Source: an uncultured Pseudomonadota bacterium
Lineage (GTDB): Bacteria; Myxococcota_A; Polyangia; Fen-1088
Assembly (NCBI GenBank): GCA_963847705.1
Contig: CAWKBC010000027.1
Span: 640,001-704,000 of the forward strand
Reading direction: 5' to 3'
Length of the DNA: 64,000 nucleotides
The translations under genes and the position numbers were made by a program. Positions 54,742 to 64,000 of the stretch are shown piece after piece. Below the pieces are notes generated by a model. The model did not search any database, had not been told where the DNA came from, and was given only the letters and a program-made list of their open reading frames with translations. Position 1 is the first letter of the stretch; every line of letters starts with the position of its first letter.

Positions 54742-56577
54742 ATGAGGCGTGCGCGGATCGGCTGGAGCGGGTTCGCGGGCGACCTGCCTCCGTGGGCCCT
54801 CCTGGGCCTCCTGGCCCTGGTCGCAAGTGCCGTCGGATGCGGGGCGGCGCCGGCGGCCGGCGGCCGGGGGCTCGACGCCGGAGCCGGCGGCGATGGGCCC
54901 ACGGTCGATGGGGCTGGGCGCCTCGACGGCGGCGCTCTGGAGGTCGGCATCGGGGCCTGGACCGCGAAGCCGGATGCCGCGGCCCCGGTCCCGCTCGACG
55001 ACGTGACGGTCTACGCCTTCAGCCAGACCGGAAACAACCAGAGCGATCCTCAGATCGCCACGCTGGCCCCGGACATGAACATCCGCGCCTGGCAGCGCTG
55101 GCACAGCTACGGCGTCAATCCTGGCGACTACGACTTCGGCTACGTGACCAGCTCGCACGCGGCGGGCGTGAAGTTCATCGGCGGCACCACCGCGACTGCG
55201 CTCTTCGCCGACGAGTTCCCCAACCCGCAGTTTCCCAACACGCCGTACACCGCCGTCGCCACCTGCGACGGGACCGGCGCCGTCGTGGCGCACCCGCTCA
55301 TCATGCCGAGCTTCTACCGCGGCTCGCTGGCCAATCCGGTCTACCGCGACTACCTCATTCGCATCGCCGAGATTCAGATCGACGGCGGCGTCGACGGCCT
55401 CTTCTTCGACGAGCTCAACCAGGGCTACGAAGGGGCGAGCTACGACGGCGACGAGGGGTTCGACGGGTACCACCTGGCGGACTTCAACGCCTACCTGCTG
55501 TGGCGCTTTCCGGGGGTCGACTACGGAGCGATGTTCGGGATGACGCCCGACAACCTGCTGAAGGCCGACGTCCCGACCGGCGATCTGACCCGCAACTTCG
55601 ACTATCAGAAGTACCTGGTGAGCCACGGCTGGGGGCAGAGCCCGTTCGCGGCCGCCAATCCGCTGGCGGCGATCTGGGGCCAGACGGTGCAGAACCGCCC
55701 CGCGCCCGGGGCGAACGACTTCGTCGACAGCGCGGAGCCGTACCGCTACTGGCGAGCGATCGCCGGCGCGCTGCGGGCCTACGCGCAGCAGAAGTACGGC
55801 CGATCGATCTACCTCACGTCGAATGGGGTCTGGCCGCTGGTCGACTTCCAGTCGGTCGGCCTCTACGAGTTCAATCAGGACGCCGACGGCGGCGCCGAGG
55901 CGGAGTACGTGCCGGTGACGTCCGGCTCCACGACGAGCGCGGCGCACCTCGACGGGACGCGCAGCCTGCAGCGGCCGTTCCTCAACCTGAAGGCCCGCTC
56001 GGCCGCGCTGGCGCCGGGCGCGCCGGTGGTCCTGTTCATCGACTGGCCCACCAACTTCATGTCGTACTACCTCCACCTGCCGACGAGCGAGCAGCAGGAC
56101 TACTGGCGCATCTACGCCGCCGAGGCCTACGCCAACGGGCTCTCCTACGCCTTCTTCCTGCTCGACACCGTCGGCGATCCGAGCGCGACGCAACTGGGCC
56201 TGATGCCGCTCTTCCAGAGCCTGACCGCGTTCTATCGGGCGCACGCCGCGCTCTATCACGGCGTGACGGCGTCGCCGGCCGCGGTGGCCTCGGCGGTGAC
56301 GACGGCGCTCACCACCCCGGTCATGATCGCCGTCAGCGATCAGGCGCAGCCCCGGCGCCGGCTGGTCCACCTGGTCAACCACGATTACAGCGGCGCGCTG
56401 GTCGAGCACGACGGCGTCACCGTCACCGTTCCGCTCGAGAGCGCGCCGACGTCGGTGACCCTGGCGTCACCCGACGCCGCGACCGACACGACGCTCACCG
56501 CGACCTACGCCAACGGTGCCGTGACTGTGACCCTGCCGTCGCTCGTCGCCTATGACGTCGTGGCGATCGCCTACTGA
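54742..56577 (+). CDS. Glycoside-hydrolase-like lipoprotein (TIM-barrel-like core + C-terminal beta domain), family unassigned
   Basis: Lipobox AVGC; ANPVYRDYL...GVDGLFFDE; aromatic-rich; VHLVNHDY...LPSLVAYDVVAI tail. Confidence 0.6.
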   Translation: MRRARIGWSGFAGDLPPWALLGLLALVASAVGCGAAPAAGGRGLDAGAGGDGPTVDGAGRLDGGALEVGIGAWTAKPDAAAPVPLDDVTVYAFSQTGNNQSDPQIATLAPDMNIRAWQRWHSYGVNPGDYDFGYVTSSHAAGVKFIGGTTATALFADEFPNPQFPNTPYTAVATCDGTGAVVAHPLIMPSFYRGSLANPVYRDYLIRIAEIQIDGGVDGLFFDELNQGYEGASYDGDEGFDGYHLADFNAYLLWRFPGVDYGAMFGMTPDNLLKADVPTGDLTRNFDYQKYLVSHGWGQSPFAAANPLAAIWGQTVQNRPAPGANDFVDSAEPYRYWRAIAGALRAYAQQKYGRSIYLTSNGVWPLVDFQSVGLYEFNQDADGGAEAEYVPVTSGSTTSAAHLDGTRSLQRPFLNLKARSAALAPGAPVVLFIDWPTNFMSYYLHLPTSEQQDYWRIYAAEAYANGLSYAFFLLDTVGDPSATQLGLMPLFQSLTAFYRAHAALYHGVTASPAAVASAVTTALTTPVMIAVSDQAQPRRRLVHLVNHDYSGALVEHDGVTVTVPLESAPTSVTLASPDAATDTTLTATYANGAVTVTLPSLVAYDVVAIAY

Positions 56578-56630
56578 GGAAGACGTCAAGTTCGGCGGCG
56601 CGGTGTCCGATGTTATTCTGTTGGGAACGA

Positions 56631-57323
56631 ATGCGTAGAGGGTCGCGCTGTCTCGCCGTGACGCTGGTGGCGCTCGCGGTGGCCGGCCGGCCGGCGCTCG
56701 CGGCCGAGCCGAGCCCGGCGCGCAGGGCGTATGACGAGGCGACCGCCGCCTTCGGGCTCGGTCACTATCAAGAGGCCGCGGAGAAGTACGAGACGGCGTT
56801 CAGCCTGCGCCCCGATCCGGCCCTGCTGTACGATGCGGCGCAGGCCTATCGCCTGGCCGGCAATCGCCCGCGCGCGCTGGAGCTCTATCGAAACTACCTG
56901 CGCCTCTATCCCGACCGGCAGAACGCCGGTGAAGCGCGCAACCACGTCGCGGCCCTCACGAAGGCGATCGAAGACGACAAGGCCCTCGAGCCCCCGCCGC
57001 CGATGGCGGTGGCTCCCGCGCCAATCGAGCCGATCGTGACGCCGTCGCCCGTTTCTCCCTCCGTTCCTTCGCCCGTTCCTTCGTCTGTCTCTCCGCCCGT
57101 CTCTCCGCCCGCGCTGACGCCGTCGCCCTCGGTCACGCCGGCCGCGATGGTCACCGAGACGCCGCCTGCCGCGGCGTCGCCATCCTCGGGTGGCGGCTCG
57201 CGGACCTGGCTCTGGATCGCGGTCGGGGCCGCGGTCGTGGTGGGCGGCGCCGTGGCGCTCTTGCTCGCGACCCGCAGCGACAAGTTCCCCGACGCCTCCT
57301 TCGGGACCGTGGCGGGCAATTGA
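56631..57323 (+). CDS. Secreted TPR protein with Pro/Ser linker and C-terminal Trp-containing TM helix
   Basis: LGHYQEAAEKYETAF..DPALLYDAAQAYR; TWLWIAVGAAVVVGG; start 56631 or 56610. Confidence 0.82.
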   Translation: MRRGSRCLAVTLVALAVAGRPALAAEPSPARRAYDEATAAFGLGHYQEAAEKYETAFSLRPDPALLYDAAQAYRLAGNRPRALELYRNYLRLYPDRQNAGEARNHVAALTKAIEDDKALEPPPPMAVAPAPIEPIVTPSPVSPSVPSPVPSSVSPPVSPPALTPSPSVTPAAMVTETPPAAASPSSGGGSRTWLWIAVGAAVVVGGAVALLLATRSDKFPDASFGTVAGN

Positions 57324-57325
57324 GC

Positions 57326-58894
57326 ATGCGCGGCGGTTCAGCCAGATTCGCGACGGTCTTTGGCCTGGCGGTGACCGCGCTGGCCGTTGGCGCCTGCAGC
57401 AACAGCGAGAGCTGCCGGCCGGGCACGCTGTTCATGACCGTGGGGCTTGGACCCTACACCACCGCCGACCGGCTCGACATCGAGGTGACGCTGGCGGCGA
57501 GCGGAGACGCCGCTGCCTCCGCGCCCAAGCCGGCGCAGCTGGCGCTGAAGCCGGGCGTTCGCTCCGGGGGGGTGGAGGTGCAGTTCCCGGACGGCTATGA
57601 GGCCGGTCGAACGGCGACGCTCACGCTGACATTGCTCTCGGGCGGGTCGCCGCTCGCCACGCTGGTGAAGACGCCGGTGCTGTCCCCCGGCTGCAGCACT
57701 CTGACGGTCGACTTCGGAGCGAGCGACGCCGGCAATGACGGGGGCGCGGGCGCCGCGGGCGGTGAGCAAGGGGGCGGCGGCGCGGCTGCGGGGCAGGGTG
57801 GCACTGCGACCGGCGGTGGCGGTGGTGCGGCCAGGGGGGGAAGCGGTGGTGGAGCGACCGGCGGAAGCGGCGGAGCGGCAGGGAGCCGCGGCACGGGTGG
57901 AAGCGGCGGCGCGGCAGGCACCCGCGGCACGGGCGGGGCGGCCGGCGCGGGCGGCGCGGCCTGCAAGAAGACCAGCAGCACGGAGAACTGTTTCGACGGC
58001 ATCGACAACGACTGCAACGGCCTCGTCGACTGCGCTGACCCGGCCTGCGGGTCGGCGGTCGCTCAGTGTGTCGCGCTCGATGCGACGGCGGCTCCAATCG
58101 GATTGCTGACCGGGGTCGGGGCCGGTGCCTGCGGGACCGCGGGCTATGACCAGCCGACCGCCATCTTCGCCAACCCCAACCAGCTCAGCTGCACGACCGT
58201 GATTGCCGGCAAGGGGTGCAGCTGCGCGGCGGGTCCGGTGAGCTGCTCGACGACCCTCTCCGGGTTCAAGACCTTGGCCGAGTGCACCGACGACACGTCG
58301 AGCGGAGAGTCGGCCGGCTCCTTCGTCACCGGGCAGGACAAGAACTGCACCGCCGCCGGCGTCCCACCCTGGACGTTGGACGCCAACGGCGACATTTTTG
58401 GGATCGGGGCCACGACGTTCGTCGCCACGCCGGCCGACTGCACGCCCTCCGGTACGCCCAACACCCCGACGTACACGTTCGGTACCAACGCGACGTTCTG
58501 CGGGACGCAGAAGGTGGGCGCCGGTTGCGGCGCCGGCCAGGTCTGCGTCCCCGCCGCCGGGGCGGGGGGGCTCTGCCAGCTGTTCGACGGCAAGAAGACG
58601 ACCTGCCCTGGGGGCGCCCCGGCCCAGCCCTACTACACGGGTGTCTCAGGGACCGTCACCTGCGGCGCCTGCACCTGCGGAGCACCGGTCGGCGCCAGCT
58701 GCGACGCCGTGACGCTGCAGACCTGCTCGGGAGGCGTCGACGTACAGAGCAACGGCCGCACCTGCGTCGGCACCGGCGTCTCCAGGCCGGCCATCGAGTT
58801 CTCGGGGACGCCGACGCCCGGGGCCTGCTCGCCCATGAGCGCCGTCGGCGGCACGGCAGCCCCGACCGGCCCCAAGACGCTCTGCTGTCCCTAG
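57326..58894 (+). CDS. Cys-rich lipoprotein (beta-sandwich N-domain, Gly linker, putative metal-binding motif, Cys-rich C-domain)
   Basis: Lipobox VGAC; ENCFDGIDNDCNGLVDC; ends LCCP. Confidence 0.8.
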   Translation: MRGGSARFATVFGLAVTALAVGACSNSESCRPGTLFMTVGLGPYTTADRLDIEVTLAASGDAAASAPKPAQLALKPGVRSGGVEVQFPDGYEAGRTATLTLTLLSGGSPLATLVKTPVLSPGCSTLTVDFGASDAGNDGGAGAAGGEQGGGGAAAGQGGTATGGGGGAARGGSGGGATGGSGGAAGSRGTGGSGGAAGTRGTGGAAGAGGAACKKTSSTENCFDGIDNDCNGLVDCADPACGSAVAQCVALDATAAPIGLLTGVGAGACGTAGYDQPTAIFANPNQLSCTTVIAGKGCSCAAGPVSCSTTLSGFKTLAECTDDTSSGESAGSFVTGQDKNCTAAGVPPWTLDANGDIFGIGATTFVATPADCTPSGTPNTPTYTFGTNATFCGTQKVGAGCGAGQVCVPAAGAGGLCQLFDGKKTTCPGGAPAQPYYTGVSGTVTCGACTCGAPVGASCDAVTLQTCSGGVDVQSNGRTCVGTGVSRPAIEFSGTPTPGACSPMSAVGGTAAPTGPKTLCCP

Positions 58895-58898
58895 GCGC

Positions 58899-59933
58899 TC
58901 AAGACGCCAGCGAGCCCGGCTTCTCGAGGATGCCGACGATCGCCTGCAAGACCTTGGCGCCGAGGGCGCCGTCGATGACCCGGTGGTCGCACGACAGCGT
59001 GAGCGCCATGCGCTGGCCGATCCCGATCTTGCCCTCCTTCACCACCGGCTCCCGGCGGACGTTGCCGACGGCCAGGATGGCTCCCTCGGGCGGGTTGATG
59101 ATCGCCGCGAATTCACGGATCCCGAACATGCCCAGGTTCGAGACGGAGAAGGTCGCGCCGGTGTACTCATCGGGGCGCAGCTTGCGCTCGCGGGCGCGGC
59201 CGGCCATCTCGTGCGCCTCGCTGGCGACCTGAGCGAGGGTCTTCTTGTCGGCGTCGCGGATGACCGGCGTGATGAGGCCGTCCTCGATGGCGACCGCCAT
59301 GCCGATGTCGACGCGGGCGTGCTGGATGATCGCCTCTTCGCTGAACGAAGCGTTGGCCTGGGGGATGCGCCGCATGGCGAGCGCGCAGGCCTTGAGAACC
59401 AGATCGTTGACCGAGACCCGCGCGCCGTGTACCCGGGCCATCTGCTCGCGAAACTCCATCGCCGCGTCCATGTCGACCTCCGCGGTGAGATAGAAGTGCG
59501 GAACGGTCGTCTTCGCCTCGAGCAGGCGCGCGGCGATCGTCCGCCGCATCAGCGAGAGCGGCTTGACCAGGTCGTCCGCCGGCGACGCTGTGGCCGGTCG
59601 GGCCTCGCTGCCGCGCGCGGGGGCCAGCGGCGCGGGGCGGGGGGCGGCACCGGCGCGCGCCTGGGCTTCTTCGACCAGCCCGCTGATGTCTTCGCCGGCC
59701 TTGCCGATGATGGCGATCGGCGTCCCGACCGGAACGCCGGCTCCCTCGCCGAGCAGGCGCTTCAGGAGCAGGCCCTGATGGACCGCCTCGACCTCCATCA
59801 CCGCCTTGTCGAGCTCCACCTCGGCGAGGATCTCGCCGGGCGCCACGGTGTCACCCTCGTTCTTGCGCCACCGTTGCAGCACGCCGACCTGCACGGTGTC
59901 GGAGAGCTGCGGCATGTCGAGGATCTGGGCCAT
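58899..59933 (-). CDS. Dihydrolipoamide acyltransferase (E2, PdhC-like): one lipoyl domain + catalytic domain
   Basis: MPQLSD, ELDKAVME, PHFYL, SNLGMFG, DHRVIDG. Confidence 0.88.
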   Translation of the reverse strand: MAQILDMPQLSDTVQVGVLQRWRKNEGDTVAPGEILAEVELDKAVMEVEAVHQGLLLKRLLGEGAGVPVGTPIAIIGKAGEDISGLVEEAQARAGAAPRPAPLAPARGSEARPATASPADDLVKPLSLMRRTIAARLLEAKTTVPHFYLTAEVDMDAAMEFREQMARVHGARVSVNDLVLKACALAMRRIPQANASFSEEAIIQHARVDIGMAVAIEDGLITPVIRDADKKTLAQVASEAHEMAGRARERKLRPDEYTGATFSVSNLGMFGIREFAAIINPPEGAILAVGNVRREPVVKEGKIGIGQRMALTLSCDHRVIDGALGAKVLQAIVGILEKPGSLAS

Positions 59934-60109
59934 GGGTCGCGTCCTACGCCAGCAGCCCGCGGAGTTTGCGCAGTGCGTAGGCCGGAACCAGCGAAAAGAT
60001 AGCAAGCTGCGGCAGAGCGCGCGGGAGATTTCGCCAGCTGTGACGTGGCGCGCAGCCCGATGGGAGCTCCTCAATCTCGAGCGCGTTCTGCCGATAGCTC
60101 TGTGAACAA

Positions 60110-61321
60110 ATGGGCGCGCCTGGTGCATCCGGAGCAGTGGCCAAGCAGGGGCCCGAGGCCGACGTGGCAGCACGCGGTCTGGTCCTTCTGGTCGACGATG
60201 AACAGTCAATCGCTCGCGCCTACGCCCGAACGCTGGGCGCCGCCGGTTTCGCGGTCGAGATCGCTTTCGACGGCAAGGCGGCCGCCGCGGCGGCGCGGGA
60301 GCGAAACTTCGACGTGGTCGTCAGCGACATCGCGATGCCCGAGATGAATGGGCTCGAGCTCTTGCGCGCGGTTCGGGAGCACGACCTCGACGTGCCGTTC
60401 GTGCTGATGACCGGCGGCCCGGCGGTCGAGAGCGCCGTCCGCGCCGTGGAGTACGGCGCGCTTCGTTACCTCATCAAGCCGGTCTCGGCGGCGGAGCTGG
60501 AAGAGGTGGTGGCGCGCGCCGTCCGCTTGCATCAGATGGCGCGCATCAAGCGCGAGGCGCTGGAGATGTTCCGCCTCGACGGCAAGCATCTGGGCGACAG
60601 AGCCGGTCTCGAGGCGCGGTTCGCCTCGGCCCTGAGCACGCTCTGGATCGCCTATCAGCCGATCGTGTCCTGGTCGAAGCGCAACACGTTCGCCCACGAG
60701 GCGCTGGTCCGCAACGAGGAGCCGACGCTGCGCTCGCCCCCCGATCTGTTCGAGGCGGCCGAGCGGCTGGGGCGACTCGAGGAGCTGGGGCGCACGGTGC
60801 GCGATCGCGTGGCGCAGACGCTGGACGTGAACCCCGTCTCCGGTCTGCTCTTCATCAACCTGCACGCGATGGAGCTGGCCGATGACCGGCTGATCGCCTC
60901 CGACGCGCCCCTGTCGCGCCACGCCGAGCGTGTCGTCCTGGAGGTCACCGAACGGGCGCCGCTGGAGCAGATCCGCGACGCCACCAGCCGGGTGGCCCAG
61001 CTGCGCTCGCTGGGTTACCGGATCGCCGTCGACGATCTGGGCGCCGGCTACGCCGGGCTGACCAGCTTCGCCCACCTCGAGCCCGACGTGGTCAAGGTCG
61101 ACATGTCGCTGATCCGGGGGATCGACCTCTCGCCGATGAAGCAGAAGCTCCTGGGATCGATCGTCGGGCTCTGCCGCGATCTCGGCATCGAGATCATCGC
61201 GGAAGGGGTGGAGACGCCGGCCGAGCGCGATGCGCTGGTCCGCGTCGGCGGCGATCTCTGTCAGGGCTACCTCTTCGCCCGCCCGGAAAAGCCCTGGGCC
61301 GCGATCGACTTCAGCAAGTAA
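60110..61321 (+). CDS. REC-EAL response regulator / c-di-GMP phosphodiesterase
   Basis: VDDE, DIAMP, KP; YQPI, EALVR, EVTE, DDLGAGY, KVD, EGVE, QGY. Confidence 0.92.
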   Translation: MGAPGASGAVAKQGPEADVAARGLVLLVDDEQSIARAYARTLGAAGFAVEIAFDGKAAAAAARERNFDVVVSDIAMPEMNGLELLRAVREHDLDVPFVLMTGGPAVESAVRAVEYGALRYLIKPVSAAELEEVVARAVRLHQMARIKREALEMFRLDGKHLGDRAGLEARFASALSTLWIAYQPIVSWSKRNTFAHEALVRNEEPTLRSPPDLFEAAERLGRLEELGRTVRDRVAQTLDVNPVSGLLFINLHAMELADDRLIASDAPLSRHAERVVLEVTERAPLEQIRDATSRVAQLRSLGYRIAVDDLGAGYAGLTSFAHLEPDVVKVDMSLIRGIDLSPMKQKLLGSIVGLCRDLGIEIIAEGVETPAERDALVRVGGDLCQGYLFARPEKPWAAIDFSK

Positions 61322-61330
61322 GAGGGGAGG

Positions 61331-61384
61331 CCTGGGAGGGTTCCCCAACCCTCCCGCGACGGGCTGCGGGCGGCGAGGCCGCAC
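61331..61384. repeat. Solo diverged relative of the 79-bp array unit
   Basis: cctgggagggttccccaaccctcccgcga (61331-61359) differs at one position from the array core. Confidence 0.8.
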
Positions 61385-61432
61385 TTCGTCCAGGCGATCG
61401 TCCGGCGATCACCGTCGGGTATACTGCCTCCG

Positions 61433-61795
61433 GTGAACGTAGAGCTGACCAAGGAGTACCGTTTCGAGGCGGCGCATCACCTGCCGCGTGTCCCCGCCGG
61501 GCACAAGTGCGCGCGCGTCCACGGCCACAGCTACAAGGTCGACGTCGCCATCGAGGGGCCGGTGAATCCGGAGACCGGCTGGCTGATCGACTTCGGCGTG
61601 ATCGACGACGCCTGGGCGGTCCTCTTCGCCCGCTTCGATCACCACAACCTGAACGAGGTGCCGGGGCTGGAGAACTCGACCTGCGAGAACATCGCCATCT
61701 ATGTGTGGCGTGAGCTTCGGGCGCAGATCAAAGAAATCTCGGCGGTGACGGTCTGGGAGACCTACGACAGCAAGTGCACCTACCGGGGTGGCTGA
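61433..61795 (+). CDS. queD: 6-carboxytetrahydropterin synthase
   Basis: FEAAHHL, CARVHGHSY, DHHNLN, ENSTCEN; TATACT 7 nt upstream of GTG. Confidence 0.94.
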   Translation: MNVELTKEYRFEAAHHLPRVPAGHKCARVHGHSYKVDVAIEGPVNPETGWLIDFGVIDDAWAVLFARFDHHNLNEVPGLENSTCENIAIYVWRELRAQIKEISAVTVWETYDSKCTYRGG

Positions 61796-61844
61796 GCGCG
61801 GTGTGCGAAGTGTCCCCAGTCTGCGAAGGGTGTGAAGGGCGCCA

Positions 61845-62675
61845 ATGACGGGCGGCGTGGCGCGGTTCCTGACGCTGAACCTCTGGGGCGAAAACGGCCC
61901 CTGGGAGGCGCGGCTCGCGCTCGTCGCCAGGCGACTCGAGGCGCTCGCGCCCGACGTGATCGGGCTGCAGGAGGTGCGTGAGGTGCCCGGGCGGGTGCCG
62001 AATCAGGCCGCGCTGCTGGCGGGGGCGCGCGGCTGGCATCACGCCTTCGCGCCGACCTCCGACTGGGGGGGCGGCCACGAGGGGCTGGCGATCGTCTCGC
62101 GCTTCCCCATCGGCGCCCAGGAGTTCCGCCCGCTGCCGCACAGCACGGAGGCAGAGGGGCGGGGGATCCTGTCGGCGCGGCTCGACGGTGAGGCGGGGGG
62201 GCTCTGGGTCCACACCACGCATCTTTCGTATCGCGAGCACGAAGGCCTCTGGCGTGAAGCGCAGGTGCAGTTCGTCGACGAGGTGCTGACCAGGCACGAC
62301 AACGGCAATCCGCGCGTCGTCATGGGCGACTTCAACACCGTCCCCGAGAGCGACGAGCTGCGCTGGCTCATCGGACAGCACACGCTCGGCGGCCGCCGCG
62401 TCGCCTATCAGGATGCCTGGGCCGCCGTCCGTCAGGATCACCCCGGGTACACCTGGGCGCGCGCCAACGACTACACCGAGAAGATGCACTGGCTGCGTCG
62501 TGACCGCCGGCTCGACTACATCTTCGTGACGCCGGTGCGGCGCGATCGCCGGGCCACCGTCCGCGCCGCCGCGCTGGCCTTCGACGAGCCCGAGGTGCGG
62601 CCCGACGGCGAGCGGATCTTTGCCTCCGATCACTTCGGTGTCACCGCTGACGTGCAGCTTCTGGCAGAGTCGTAG
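61845..62675 (+). CDS. Endonuclease/exonuclease/phosphatase-family protein
   Basis: TLNLW, LQEV, TTHL, MGDFN, LDYIF, SDH. Confidence 0.92.
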   Translation: MTGGVARFLTLNLWGENGPWEARLALVARRLEALAPDVIGLQEVREVPGRVPNQAALLAGARGWHHAFAPTSDWGGGHEGLAIVSRFPIGAQEFRPLPHSTEAEGRGILSARLDGEAGGLWVHTTHLSYREHEGLWREAQVQFVDEVLTRHDNGNPRVVMGDFNTVPESDELRWLIGQHTLGGRRVAYQDAWAAVRQDHPGYTWARANDYTEKMHWLRRDRRLDYIFVTPVRRDRRATVRAAALAFDEPEVRPDGERIFASDHFGVTADVQLLAES

Positions 62676-62678
62676 CGC

Positions 62679-63591
62679 ATGTTCCGCCTGGCCCACGTCA
62701 CCGATCCTCACTTCCGCAGCGCGCGCGGTGGGCAGGGCATCCGGGCCGGCGAGCTCTGGGGCAAGCGGGCCGTCGGCTACGTGAACCTGGTGGTGAACCG
62801 GGTCCGCAAGCACAAGATGGACCTGCTGGAAGACATGCGCGTCGATCTGCGCGCCCAGGCCCCCGATCACCTGGCGGTGACCGGCGATCTGTCGAACATC
62901 GCGGTCACGGCGGAGTGGCGCTCGGCGCTGGCCTGGCTCGACCTGTCGGGCGTGGCGCCCGAGGCCATCTCCGTCATCCCGGGCAACCACGACGCCTACG
63001 TGCCCGAGGTGCTGGCCACGCGCGAGTTCGAGCGGCTGTTCGCCCCGTACCAGACGAGCGATCTCGATCGCCAAGGGGACGCCGAGAGCGCCCACTACCC
63101 GTTCGTGCAGATCCGCGAGCCGCTGGCCCTGATCGGCGTCTCGAGCGCCGTCGCCACCGGCGACCTCGGCGCCTGGGGAGAGGTCGGCCAGGCGCAGCTC
63201 GCGCGCCTGGAGGCGATCTCTGAAGGCCCCCGAGCTCGCGGCGTTGACGCGTGTCGTGCTGGTGCACCACCCGCCCGTCCTCCACAAGGATGGCGAGCAC
63301 CGCAACCTGCGCGACCGCGATGCCTTCGCGCAGGTCCTGGCCCGCGCCGGCGCCGAGCTGGTCCTGCACGGTCATGACCACGAGGATCAGCGCGCCGAGC
63401 TGCCCGGGCCCGACGGCCGGGCGATCCCGGTGATCGGCGCCGGCTCGGCGTCGTACGCGGGCGGGCCGGAGCGCCGGGCCCGCTACAGCGTCTACGAGTT
63501 CGAGGGCCGAGCGATCACCTGGGTGAGCCGCGTCCACGACGAGGCGACCAGCTTCTTCCGCGAAGCCCGCCGCGAGCTCCTCGCGCCGTAG
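62679..63591 (+). pseudogene. Calcineurin-like metallophosphoesterase (CpdA-like), frameshift near 63219
   Basis: DPH, TGDLSN, PGNHD in the first frame; VHHPP and LHGHDH in the second. Confidence 0.85.
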
Positions 63592-63691
63592 GCGGGACCG
63601 GTCGATGGTTCGTGAGCGAGCCAGGTAGAGCAGAGCCTGAAATGCGCGCGGACCATTGCCTCGATTGGGGCGTCGATCCAGGTTAGCGGCG

Positions 63692-64000
63692 ATGCCGCCA
63701 ATCCGGGTGCTCCTGCAAACGACGATTCCCCGGACGAACGACGACTGGCACGTGGGCCGGTTTTCCTTGCTGCGCGACCACCTTGCCGCCTGGCGGGACG
63801 CCGACGGGCGCCCCGTCTGTGAAGTGATCGCGCGCGATCGCGAGAGCGCCGAGGACGACCCGGTGCTGAGCCGCCTCGGGGATCGAGCGTTCGACGAGCT
63901 GTGGCTGTTCGCCGTGGACACGGGGCAGGGGCTCACCGCGCGCGAGCAAGAGGCGCTGTTCGAGTTCCACGCGCGCGGCGGCGGCATCTTGGCCGCGCGC
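63692..64000 (+). CDS. Hypothetical protein, 3'-truncated by the window edge
   Basis: Manual translation MPPIRVLLQTTIPRTNDDWHVGRFSLL...DELWLFAVD...GGGILAAR is open to the end of the window. Confidence 0.7.
   Translation, partial: MPPIRVLLQTTIPRTNDDWHVGRFSLLRDHLAAWRDADGRPVCEVIARDRESAEDDPVLSRLGDRAFDELWLFAVDTGQGLTAREQEALFEFHARGGGILAAR

Noticed and set aside
52920-54950. 676-aa Lgt fusion
   Set aside because: The upstream part is an alternative frame of lipA; the Lgt-like sequence begins at 53681
61796-61844. Short gcgaag/gtgaag repeats between queD and the EEP gene as an operator
   Set aside because: Too short and irregularly spaced to support a call

Overview
GC-rich bacterial chromosome window, most consistent with Myxococcota (Polyangia-like), judged from gene content (DUF6178-like protein, AgmX-type C-terminus, Cys-rich lipoproteins, tandem-PilZ protein). 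Two core blocks are present: prfB (+1 frameshift)-lysS-lolC/E-[GNAT+methyltransferase insert]-lolD-bamA-skp-fabZ, with no lpxD or lpxA, and tilS-ftsH-folP-glmM-pdxJ-nnr. Accessory genes include a Gld-like ABC/DUF4340 operon, an AAA-TPR protein, a pseudokinase, glycoside-hydrolase-like lipoproteins, lipA/lgt, a minimal E2, REC-EAL and queD. Main observations: (1) three paralogous secreted TPR/membrane-tail genes, each tightly coupled to Cys-rich lipoprotein genes, where the tail type appears to co-vary with the lipoprotein N-terminal domain (candidate lipoprotein export/display system); (2) three families of structured intergenic repeats, including a 4x79-bp array and a 133-bp element with a compensatory base-pair change; (3) recurrent leaderless-promoter signatures; (4) three unexplained frameshifts that may be assembly errors. 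No rRNA, tRNA, CRISPR array or transposase was recognised. All family assignments come from motif recognition by eye, not database searches.
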